Origin: a virus
Lineage: Duplodnaviria > Caudoviricetes
IMG/VR virus record: IMGVR_UViG_3300022602_004116
Coordinates: 1 to 48,066 of that record
Reading direction: 5' to 3' (one strand)
Length of the DNA: 48,066 nucleotides
The notes under the pieces were generated by a model. The model worked only from the letters and a program-made list of their open reading frames with translations. It had not been told where the DNA came from and did not search any database. Positions 36,245-44,292 of this stretch are shown one piece after another; the stretch's first letter is position 1, and every line of letters starts with the position of its first letter. The position numbers and the translations under genes were made by a program.

Positions 36245-37187
36245 TTTTACTCCCACACATCAAGCGACACATAGACAACGGGTCGGTTGTGTTTTTTTCT
36301 AATATTTGGTTAAACCATTGTATACCTTGTTCCACTGTGTTGGTATTGACCTTTTTGTATTCTGCAATATCAGAAAATAAATTTCCAGACAAATAACAAC
36401 AGGCATCTATTTTGCCATCAGCACCAATGTACAAAGATCTTTCAGCAGCCGATTCGCATGCAATTGCCAGGCCTTTGTTGCTGTGTAACCCAATCATGTT
36501 ATCTACTTTGAGTTGTTTTTGTATAAACGTGTCGGTCAACTGTGCTGGAAAGTTGTTGTTGTTACGCATTGTAAAAATACGTTTGCCTTGTCGGTCGTAA
36601 ACTGATCCAGTGTTTCTAACTGTTTCTCTAACAATAAAATTAGAAAATTTCAATTGATTTGCTCTGCTCCGAGCCTCGTCAAACTGATGTTGATTATGGT
36701 CAAATCGAGTCATGACCCAATTGGCACGTCCACCTGCTGTGATATAGGTCACAGCATTGCGTACAACCTGCTCATAGGTGGTATCCTGTCGATACAAATG
36801 ATGCGTATCCTCTAATCCGTCAATACAAAAGTTTATTTCAATGCCGAGCTTGGCCAATGCTTGCCAAAATTTACGATCTCTGGCACCACCGTTGGTACTG
36901 ACATGTATAAACGTTTTGCCATTGACTGTTTTTAACCAATCAATTATTTCAACTGACTCGGGATTCATAACAAAATCTCCAAAGTTGCCATTGATCAATA
37001 TTTCATCTATCTGTTGTAAAAAATCAACCGACACAATGGTCTTTAATTTTTCCAAGGTTAGATTTGTTTCTTCGTACCCTCTGTTGTATGGATAGCCATT
37101 GAAATTTCTTGGGCACAGAGGACATCTGGCATTACAAAAAGAACTTAGTTCTAAATGTAACTTTCTAATGTCACTGATCTGTATCAT
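36237..37187 (-). CDS. radical SAM protein with SPASM/twitch-like C-terminus
   Basis: CNARCPLC, TNGG, IDG, ACCY, CRLMC. Confidence 0.85.
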   Translation of the reverse strand: MIQISDIRKLHLELSSFCNARCPLCPRNFNGYPYNRGYEETNLTLEKLKTIVSVDFLQQIDEILINGNFGDFVMNPESVEIIDWLKTVNGKTFIHVSTNGGARDRKFWQALAKLGIEINFCIDGLEDTHHLYRQDTTYEQVVRNAVTYITAGGRANWVMTRFDHNQHQFDEARSRANQLKFSNFIVRETVRNTGSVYDRQGKRIFTMRNNNNFPAQLTDTFIQKQLKVDNMIGLHSNKGLAIACESAAERSLYIGADGKIDACCYLSGNLFSDIAEYKKVNTNTVEQGIQWFNQILEKNTTDPLSMCRLMCGSKND

Positions 37188-37560
37188 GTTTGTTTCTGTA
37201 ATCGGCTACCGCAGCCTTGATAGCATCTTCGGCGAGTATGCTACAATGTATTTTGACGGGCGGGAGCGCCAGCTCTTCAGCAATTTGGCTGTTCTTAATG
37301 CTTCCTGCTTCGTCCAGCGTTTTCCCTTTGACCCATTCAGTGACAAGACTCGAACTAGCGATCGCCGAGCCACAGCCGTAAGTTTTAAATCGGGCGTCTG
37401 TAATAATTCCAACATCGTTTACCTTTATCTGGAGCTTCATTACGTCGCCACAAGCCGGAGCCCCTACCATGCCTGTGCCAATGCCTTCCTCGTCCTTGGC
37501 AAAACTGCCTACGTTGCGAGGATTCTCATAGTGATCAATTACTTTGTCTGAATATGCCAT
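37171..37560 (-). CDS. iscU: Fe-S scaffold IscU
   Basis: HYENPRNVG, APACGDVM, GCGSAIASSS, LPPVKIHCS. Confidence 0.96.
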   Translation of the reverse strand: MAYSDKVIDHYENPRNVGSFAKDEEGIGTGMVGAPACGDVMKLQIKVNDVGIITDARFKTYGCGSAIASSSLVTEWVKGKTLDEAGSIKNSQIAEELALPPVKIHCSILAEDAIKAAVADYRNKHDTDQ

Positions 37561-37568
37561 ACCTGTTC

Positions 37569-38744
37569 CTAATTAAAATATTTTGCCCATCTTGGGTCAA
37601 TGTCTACAATTGATTCGTTCCTGACTGTGTCAAGTATTTTGGTATATCGTTTAAAACTTTCAAATCGCACTGGATCAAAATTATCTTGCTGTAGTGTAAC
37701 AATGAGATTTTGTATTCCAATTTTGGCCTGTGCGCCGGCCACAGATAATGTTGCTGTCAAGTAGTCTATCAACTCAGGTCGCAGTTCTGGCGGAACATTA
37801 TCTACCAGCAGTTCTTCCAAATCAACTACTATATTTAATGAGTGATTTTGGTATGCATCAGGATACTCTGCAGCAACAAATTCAACAAGATCTCGAATAC
37901 TAAAAATATTATATATACTTACACACGACGTAAACAACACAATATGATGTTTGATTGTTGCAATGTTGCTTTTTACAGTGGCAAAGTCGGATCCGTGTCG
38001 TATGTAATCGTTTACTTGATCTGTGCCGTCAAGGCTCACTGCCAATGTCAATCTACGGAAACGATTCAGCACAACTAAAAATTTATCCGACAAGTGATTG
38101 AGACTGGTGTTGATTACCAAATTAACATCGGGGTTACATTCTGCCAACCGTGACAGCAACTCCAAATTGTAAGGTTCCACCAGCGGTTCTCCGCCGGCCA
38201 AATAGACCTTTTGTATGTCAGTGGTTATGGCAATATCATGTTTGGTTCTTGGATTGTCAACAGTCCAAAATTTGCCAGGCCATTGCTGTTGTAATTTGGC
38301 ATATTCCTGATTGATACTGCTACTGCTTCCGCTGTTGCACATACGGCATTTGAGTGTACAGGTATTGCTGTAACGAAGATCCAGGCTGACCGGTTCAAGT
38401 TTTTTACCTTCCATAAACAATCGTACATTGTTGTCCATGGCCAATCTACCAGAGTCTGACACCAGCCAGGAATCTGTTTCTGTTTGTCTTGCGCTTCGTA
38501 CACCAATATCTTCGGCCCGGTAACACACAGCACATTCGTCGGGTCGCTGACCTGCCAACATTTTTTGTCTTACAGTATTGATTTTGTCAGAGTTAAAACT
38601 GACTGCAGACTTTTGTCCCACAACGTCTGATTGCAATTGATTGCTGTAGCAACACATGTTGTGTCTACCATCATGAAATGTTTCCTGGTGGACAAAAGGC
38701 AAAGCACAAAATGTGCTTGATTGATATGATAAAGTTGAATCCAA
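37569..38744 (-). CDS. radical SAM protein with N-terminal twitch-like Cys domain
   Basis: FCALPF..MCC..C..CY, then CTLKCRMC, GGEP, SLDG. Confidence 0.85.
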   Translation of the reverse strand: MDSTLSYQSSTFCALPFVHQETFHDGRHNMCCYSNQLQSDVVGQKSAVSFNSDKINTVRQKMLAGQRPDECAVCYRAEDIGVRSARQTETDSWLVSDSGRLAMDNNVRLFMEGKKLEPVSLDLRYSNTCTLKCRMCNSGSSSSINQEYAKLQQQWPGKFWTVDNPRTKHDIAITTDIQKVYLAGGEPLVEPYNLELLSRLAECNPDVNLVINTSLNHLSDKFLVVLNRFRRLTLAVSLDGTDQVNDYIRHGSDFATVKSNIATIKHHIVLFTSCVSIYNIFSIRDLVEFVAAEYPDAYQNHSLNIVVDLEELLVDNVPPELRPELIDYLTATLSVAGAQAKIGIQNLIVTLQQDNFDPVRFESFKRYTKILDTVRNESIVDIDPRWAKYFN

Positions 38745-38745
38745 T

Positions 38746-38916
38746 TTATTTGGCCGGAGACTTGGGTGCCGGTAGTGGAGTTGCTGGCGGCTTGGGTGCT
38801 TGTGGTGGAGTTGCGGTCACAGGTGGGTTTTTCAAACTGTCAAACAACTGTCCTAGACCGGCTGCCATACCAGTACCGGCAATCAACATCATAACAACAA
38901 AGCAGAGTTTCTTCAT
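38746..38916 (-). CDS. small secreted proline-rich peptide (56 aa)
   Basis: Absent from the ORF track. MKKLCFVVMMLIAGTGMAAGLGQLFDSLKNPPVTATPPQAPKPPATPLPAPKSPAK*; fills the gap between two genes exactly. Confidence 0.65.
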   Translation of the reverse strand: MKKLCFVVMMLIAGTGMAAGLGQLFDSLKNPPVTATPPQAPKPPATPLPAPKSPAK

Positions 38917-39222
38917 TTAGTTGGCCACCAATACTGTTCGATAACAATTACAACCGGCTTCTATTAATGCTTCCCAGTGATAGCCGGCTGGTGCTGGATA
39001 TACTGGAGCGGCCGGAGGCGTCTGTTGTTGTATATAAATTGGTTGTTGTTGAATAACCACTGGCGGACGAGTGGCTTCGTACACAATAGCGCCGCCCACA
39101 AATACTGGAACTGCCCAACCGTAACCTGGGTGATAGTAGTAGCGGCCGCCGCCGTAGCGCCAATGTTCAGCGTGTGCAAGAGCCGAAAAGGTCAACAGGA
39201 CAACAAATAGAATTTTTTTCAT
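38917..39222 (-). CDS. secreted Gly/Tyr/Pro-rich protein
   Basis: Signal peptide AHA-E; GWAVP, QQQP, CNCYRTVLV. Confidence 0.7.
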   Translation of the reverse strand: MKKILFVVLLTFSALAHAEHWRYGGGRYYYHPGYGWAVPVFVGGAIVYEATRPPVVIQQQPIYIQQQTPPAAPVYPAPAGYHWEALIEAGCNCYRTVLVAN

Positions 39223-39239
39223 GATAAACTCCTTACGCT

Positions 39240-39268
39240 ATTATAACGTATTTATTGAGTTTGGTCAA
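39240..39268 (-). promoter_or_regulatory. sigma70-like promoter with TAAATA inside the spacer
   Basis: TTGACC-N17-TATAAT; TAAATA at 39254-39249. Confidence 0.7.
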
Positions 39269-39277
39269 ACGTTTTGG

Positions 39278-39688
39278 TTACTTGGCGGCTTTGGCAGCCA
39301 TTTTGCTAACAATTTTGGAAGGATCGCCTTTGGGCGCAGAGTCTGCACCCAACGGATCTGTGTCGTCTACTGTGTTTTCTGGCAAGCTCAAATAAACATA
39401 TTTGATACCAGTGTGTGGATCGTCTTTGATGTCTTTGATCAGACTCTTGACTGTGTCATTTGATTTTTGTGCGGCATCGAGTGCAGCAAAATTAAAAGAT
39501 TCATGTCCAGGAATACTGCGTACACGCTCGATAACTGTATCAACTGCCACTCGAGGAGTAACAGCACCAGAGTTAGCGGCTTCATTGCGAAGCCATTCAA
39601 GACTGGTAATTAGGCCAGCATCGCCGCGTGAGTCTGCTTCGTCTTCAATGACACCAAGGTCTTCAAAGATAACTTCGCGAATTTTCAT
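39278..39688 (-). CDS. hypothetical head/internal protein
   Basis: MKIREVI N-terminus; C-terminal VSKMAAKAAK. Confidence 0.6.
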   Translation of the reverse strand: MKIREVIFEDLGVIEDEADSRGDAGLITSLEWLRNEAANSGAVTPRVAVDTVIERVRSIPGHESFNFAALDAAQKSNDTVKSLIKDIKDDPHTGIKYVYLSLPENTVDDTDPLGADSAPKGDPSKIVSKMAAKAAK

Positions 39689-40377
39689 TAACGACGCTCG
39701 CGGCCTAATTCTTCTTCACCGCCAACAGCAGCATCAGTGGCATCAAATCCGTCAGCATCAGCGTCCAAATCACTTTGCTCGCCTTCGGGTGCAGTTGGTT
39801 CGCCGCTCATGGATGGTAGCTCGTTGCCCAAGCCCATGTCCATTGGTTGATCAATTTGTTCACCGGCCAATGCACGTGCAGCAGTATCAGAACTTTCGCG
39901 ACTTGTTGTCAATGCTTGATATAGATTGGCCAATACTGGATTCATTGCGCCCTTGAATGCGTCAGCTTGTTCGGCACCAATTTGGTCACGGATTGTGTCA
40001 ACCAAGGCTGGCATCTCTTCGTTTTGCATTTTGCTTAATTTTTCAAGCATGTCCTGGATAGCGTCTACCATGCTCTTGGCAGCCAACACAGTTTCGCTAC
40101 GACCCATTTCGCTTTCAAACAAGCCTTGCTCACTGGACATCCATTTGTCCAAACCTTCTTTGACCAGCATCAATTCCATGTACTTGGCATTTTTTTCTGC
40201 TGTGTGAGAACCATAAGATTTTTTAATGGCTACAATATTTTCACCCAATGCACGACTCAAACGTTCAGCTTTGGCATAGGTCAAATTATCATAGTCGATG
40301 CTGAAGCCAAAACGGCTTTCCATCACTTTGTTAATCTTTTGTGGTGTTACTTCGGTACGCATTTCAGAGAGTCTCAT
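39688..40377 (-). CDS. acidic helical protein (scaffold/prohead-core-like?)
   Basis: MRLSEM; VLAAKSMVD.IQDM; acidic tail ending LGRERR. Confidence 0.55.
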   Translation of the reverse strand: MRLSEMRTEVTPQKINKVMESRFGFSIDYDNLTYAKAERLSRALGENIVAIKKSYGSHTAEKNAKYMELMLVKEGLDKWMSSEQGLFESEMGRSETVLAAKSMVDAIQDMLEKLSKMQNEEMPALVDTIRDQIGAEQADAFKGAMNPVLANLYQALTTSRESSDTAARALAGEQIDQPMDMGLGNELPSMSGEPTAPEGEQSDLDADADGFDATDAAVGGEEELGRERR

Positions 40378-40389
40378 TTTTTATTCCTG

Positions 40390-40923
40390 TTATAACCAAA
40401 CTTTATTATATTTAGCCGTTTTGTGTATTTTTGATATATGTTCTCGGGCCAGATTTAATCGGGTTTCCGCCAATTCTAACCTGCATAATCTTGTGTCCAC
40501 GGTCACATAATCTTTGCGTTTTTGTGCTTGTTCTATGGTATAACGCAAATTTGTAACATCTGTATAGCATTTATTTATTTCTTGATCGCACAGCAGGATT
40601 TCATCTGATTTCCAGTACTGACGCTTGGATACGTAAATTGCGTAAAGTATGGCTGAAATTTTGTCTTCAAACCGATGCACGAATTCCTGATTGGGATCCA
40701 TGACATCACATGTTTTGTTGGGATTGATTTTCAATTGATACAGACCAATCCGATACCCATTTTTTACAGGAACACACAAAGGAACAATGGCCTGTGTTTG
40801 CATTTTGCCAAGTTCGCGGTCAGTCCACTGTTTGATATAATCAGTAGCTACGTTGGTAAGTTCGCGTGGTATTGCTGGGCCAGTCTTTTTAGCGGATTTT
40901 CTTTTTGTACGTGATTTGCCCAT
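40390..40923 (-). CDS. hypothetical protein
   Basis: Packed minus-strand ORF. Confidence 0.65.
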   Translation of the reverse strand: MGKSRTKRKSAKKTGPAIPRELTNVATDYIKQWTDRELGKMQTQAIVPLCVPVKNGYRIGLYQLKINPNKTCDVMDPNQEFVHRFEDKISAILYAIYVSKRQYWKSDEILLCDQEINKCYTDVTNLRYTIEQAQKRKDYVTVDTRLCRLELAETRLNLAREHISKIHKTAKYNKVWL

Positions 40924-41098
40924 TTTGATTACGACGTAGGAGTATGTCCTGTTGCGTTAGTTGATTTGCTATAATTTGCTCTCGTTCACTGAGAGTATTC
41001 TTTGGTATAACAGATTCGTGTTGGAAACGTCCTAACAAATCTGCTTGTTCGTTATTTAAGGCAATTTGAATGTTGTTGATTAATTCTACGATTTTCAT
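40889..41098 (-). CDS. small hypothetical protein
   Basis: MKIVELI; ATGA-coupled. Confidence 0.65.
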   Translation of the reverse strand: MKIVELINNIQIALNNEQADLLGRFQHESVIPKNTLSEREQIIANQLTQQDILLRRNQNGQITYKKKIR

Positions 41099-41352
41099 TT
41101 GAAATGTGTTGCCAGTAGCGTGATTATACCTGCTATCAGCACACCTAAAATACTAGTACCGATAGTAATCAATGTTTTATTACTATCTTTGCCTACATTG
41201 TTCAAGCTGTCTTTGATATCTATGATATGCAACTCTAGTTTGTCCATGCGGTTGTCTAGATTGGATAGTTTGTTTTCCAAGTTGGTGTATCTTTCAGCAC
41301 ATAACTCCACATGCGCCTCAAGGCTTTTCTTTTCAATATCAGTAGATGACAT
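41095..41352 (-). CDS. coiled-coil + C-terminal TM protein (XhlA/holin-like)
   Basis: SLEAHVELCAERY, heptad repeat, single C-terminal TM helix. Confidence 0.6.
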   Translation of the reverse strand: MSSTDIEKKSLEAHVELCAERYTNLENKLSNLDNRMDKLELHIIDIKDSLNNVGKDSNKTLITIGTSILGVLIAGIITLLATHFK

Positions 41353-41355
41353 AAC

Positions 41356-41440
41356 TCGCTTTTCCTATAAGCGATGCATTGTTGATGAGCCTGTCTGTGC
41401 CTTGATAGTGAGCCTTAATGGTGCCTTGTAGCATCAACAA
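41356..41440 (-). promoter_or_regulatory. structured 5' leader with repeated AGGC motifs
   Basis: 9-bp stem TTGTTGATG/CATCAACAA enclosing 4 x AGGC(A/T)C, then a second hairpin with the SD in its loop. Confidence 0.55.
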
Positions 41441-41444
41441 ATAT

Positions 41445-41882
41445 TTATGACCCGTTGGGATTTATTTGTTTGAAATAAATGTTTTTTATGGTACCATACG
41501 GATAAAAGATTGGCAACATGAATCGAGCAGTTTCTTCCAGTCCAGTAATGATAGGAACCTGTTCAAAATCCTTCATCAATGCGCCCAATGGTTGCCCCGG
41601 CAAGTCATAAACACCATTGGCTTCGATGGTCCACACCCAATGCCATACGTGATGTATACCGGTATAAAAGTCACCAAACTCAAAGCGATTCAATTCGCTT
41701 GTGAGCACCACTGGTTTTTCAATCAATTGGGGTTGTGTTCTAAGACCCATGCATTGCACAACTGTTTCCCAGTTGCGTTGCTGATCACGTTCCAGCTCGT
41801 CGCTGTTGCCGCGAATGACTCCAGTGGCAGTGATGTCCACCAGACTGAGTCCTTCAAAGAAATATATTCCAGGATTTGACAT
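41445..41882 (-). CDS. hypothetical conserved phage protein
   Basis: LVDIT.TG, QQRNWETV.Q..GLR.QP, VPII.GL.ET. Confidence 0.65.
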   Translation of the reverse strand: MSNPGIYFFEGLSLVDITATGVIRGNSDELERDQQRNWETVVQCMGLRTQPQLIEKPVVLTSELNRFEFGDFYTGIHHVWHWVWTIEANGVYDLPGQPLGALMKDFEQVPIITGLEETARFMLPIFYPYGTIKNIYFKQINPNGS

Positions 41883-41904
41883 GATACACATATTTATCGG
41901 CCAA

Positions 41905-41939
41905 CAAAAAAGGCAACATAAAGTTGCCTTTTTGTTTTT
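41905..41939. terminator. intrinsic terminator (possibly bidirectional)
   Basis: AAAAAGGCAAC-ATAAA-GTTGCCTTTTT with T-runs on both strands. Confidence 0.8.
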
Positions 41940-41953
41940 AGTTTAACTAAAAA

Positions 41954-42421
41954 TTAAGCAGTAGCTAGTTTGAAGTTTACAGAACCAACAACTGTTGCTG
42001 TGTTAGCCCAAACGTTACCAGTACCTAGGTTTGCACTTAGGTTAGCTGTTAAGCCTTGGATACGTGATTGTAAACCAGCAGCAACTAAAGTTGAGCTGTA
42101 AGCATCTGCGCCTTCTGATGTAGAAGTAGCTGCAGAAGCTGTTGAAGCACCAGATGCTTCTAACAATACACTTAAAGAACCAGTGTTAACCTGGTACATT
42201 GTGATTGTACTGTCTAGAGCGATACTGCGTAGAATTGTTTCTACTGGACCACCTGTGTTCAAGTCACTGGCAGCAAAACTCTGACCAGAACCTAATACTA
42301 CTGAAATTGCGATTGGGTTTTTTGTTAGACCTGGAGCAACGATGTTGCCAAGTGTACCTAAACCTGTGTCGACGTTTACTACGCCGTTTGCATCACCTGC
42401 GTAACGTGTTTGGATTGCCAT
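41954..42421 (-). CDS. highly expressed virion structural protein
   Basis: TAAATA promoter, AAGGAG SD, its own terminator, strong GCT/GGT/AAC codon use. Confidence 0.65.
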   Translation of the reverse strand: MAIQTRYAGDANGVVNVDTGLGTLGNIVAPGLTKNPIAISVVLGSGQSFAASDLNTGGPVETILRSIALDSTITMYQVNTGSLSVLLEASGASTASAATSTSEGADAYSSTLVAAGLQSRIQGLTANLSANLGTGNVWANTATVVGSVNFKLATA

Positions 42422-42518
42422 TTTTAAATCTCCTTAATATATGTGCATCTCTGCATACTTTTATTTATGCTGAATACAAAAAAAGCATATCAAGATGCTT
42501 TTGTTGTGCATACAGTAT

Positions 42519-43616
42519 TTAGCCCATTTTGGCGAACAAGGCCTGACTAAAAACTCCTCTGTGTACCAGTTTTACCGGTCCTTCTGGAGTGCTAAACACA
42601 AATCCTTCGCCGGCAGGTTGACCGTTTACATACTGGCCAATTCCCTGTACCTGTTGTTCCAACTGTTCTGTCAAGTTGATCTTGAACTGATATACTGCGT
42701 TCCACACAGCAAAAAGTGCCGGCAATCCTTGAGGATGTTGATACAGGTATCCGTCTTGATTTTCTCCCAGTAAGAATTTACGCAACTTTTGTGTGGTATT
42801 GGCAGTTTGCAACCAGTCAGCAAATTCTTGTGTGGTTTGTCCAGTAATTTTTTTGTTTGCATATTGTTTCAATATCACACGTGCTTTGTCATCAAGACCT
42901 GACAAAAACTCATCTATCTGACTTGAATATTTTTTCAATGTGGCAATGGCTGTTTTGTGTACCTGTACTGGATCATTGAGTGTAAATTTAATATTGGCGC
43001 TGGGAGTCAAGATTGCCACCGGAGCATTGAAGTTGAGACCTTGACCGTTCCAGGGCTGTGGTCTTGCTTGACGATCAGCCAAGTATGTGTGTACCACAAT
43101 ACCGCCTACCTTGCCGGCTATCTGTTGTCCAAGCGCACTTTTGACTGGGATATGATATTCTACCAAGTTGGGTTTGAACACAAATACACCCTTGACTGGT
43201 TTTAGTGGTGTACTCCACAAAAGGTCGCCCCAAAAGTATCCAGGCACATTGCCCACTGCTTGATCCAGGCCGGCCCAGATATTGTTGATCTGCTGATACA
43301 GATTGCCGCGATCTTTGCCGCGATTCTGATCATACCGTACCCAATCCTCTGGACTGGTCACTTGTCCATGTGGTTTGTCAAACATGTACTTGTCCATCAC
43401 AGTGAGCTGTCCGTCGGCGTTGCGGCCAAACAGTAGTGCAGGAAAGCCGTCCCATTTGATTGTGAGATTGCCAGGATTTTTGATTACCCAACTCAAAGCA
43501 GCAACCATACGTTCAGCTGGAGCAGTACCTTCAAATATAGCATCTTCGGGGTGTGGTGTGCGAGCTGGAGCACTGGCAACTTCTAACAGTATTTCGTTGA
43601 GAAAATCCAATTGCAT
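42519..43616 (-). CDS. DUF6267-like protein with KxDG nucleotidyltransferase-like motif
   Basis: HPED, TIKWDGFPA, GDLL, EGFV, VKLV.R..FS. Confidence 0.65.
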   Translation of the reverse strand: MQLDFLNEILLEVASAPARTPHPEDAIFEGTAPAERMVAALSWVIKNPGNLTIKWDGFPALLFGRNADGQLTVMDKYMFDKPHGQVTSPEDWVRYDQNRGKDRGNLYQQINNIWAGLDQAVGNVPGYFWGDLLWSTPLKPVKGVFVFKPNLVEYHIPVKSALGQQIAGKVGGIVVHTYLADRQARPQPWNGQGLNFNAPVAILTPSANIKFTLNDPVQVHKTAIATLKKYSSQIDEFLSGLDDKARVILKQYANKKITGQTTQEFADWLQTANTTQKLRKFLLGENQDGYLYQHPQGLPALFAVWNAVYQFKINLTEQLEQQVQGIGQYVNGQPAGEGFVFSTPEGPVKLVHRGVFSQALFAKMG

Positions 43617-44020
43617 TATAATTTTTCTAATTCAGAATTTAAAAACTGTTGCATTTCAGCTGGTGCGGCTTTGGGTTGAGGCCCAAGTTGTACCCAGATA
43701 TTTTGTTTGTTCAACAGGTAATCGCGCTTTTGATAACGCATGGTCAATGGATTGGATTTGACTACCGTCAGTCCTGGAACCAATGGATCAACCACTGACC
43801 CGGCTCCGGGTGCGGCATCAGCAGCTGGCTCTGTCTGAGCCTGTTGTGCCTGTGCCACTTGATCTGATGGCAATGGCTTGGGCGGTTTGATCAAGCTGGC
43901 GCCAAATTTTAATTTGTCGAGCTTGTTTTTCCAAAGTGCGCCAGCACCGGTGCCAACTATGGGTTTACCATTCTTGGTAATTTGAAATGCTGCTTCTGCA
44001 ATAATCTCATTAATCTTCAC
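43616..44020 (-). CDS. hypothetical internal head protein
   Basis: GTG start at 44020 (MKINEIIAE), AGGAG 8 nt upstream. Confidence 0.6.
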   Translation of the reverse strand: MKINEIIAEAAFQITKNGKPIVGTGAGALWKNKLDKLKFGASLIKPPKPLPSDQVAQAQQAQTEPAADAAPGAGSVVDPLVPGLTVVKSNPLTMRYQKRDYLLNKQNIWVQLGPQPKAAPAEMQQFLNSELEKL

Positions 44021-44258
44021 TGCGAAATCTCCTGACGCCACGCTTGAATTTTTCTGGATCTTGACCGCGGATACTGTTGAGTAGTCTGCGTTCTAATTCA
44101 TCTGCTTGCTCAGGTTCGTAGTGTTCACGAATATAGTTGATTAGATTGATAGCGCCGGCAATCACATTAACGGCACGACTTTCCACAAGATTTTCACGAT
44201 CTTTGTGGGTAATTAGTGTGTCTAATTCGTCAAGTATGCTACGGGCTCGCTTTTGCAA
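44010..44258 (-). CDS. conserved hypothetical protein
   Basis: TTG start with GGAG; TAAATA upstream. Confidence 0.65.
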   Translation of the reverse strand: MQKRARSILDELDTLITHKDRENLVESRAVNVIAGAINLINYIREHYEPEQADELERRLLNSIRGQDPEKFKRGVRRFRSED

Positions 44259-44292
44259 GATTTGCTCCAGGTTATGATATATTTATGGAGGT

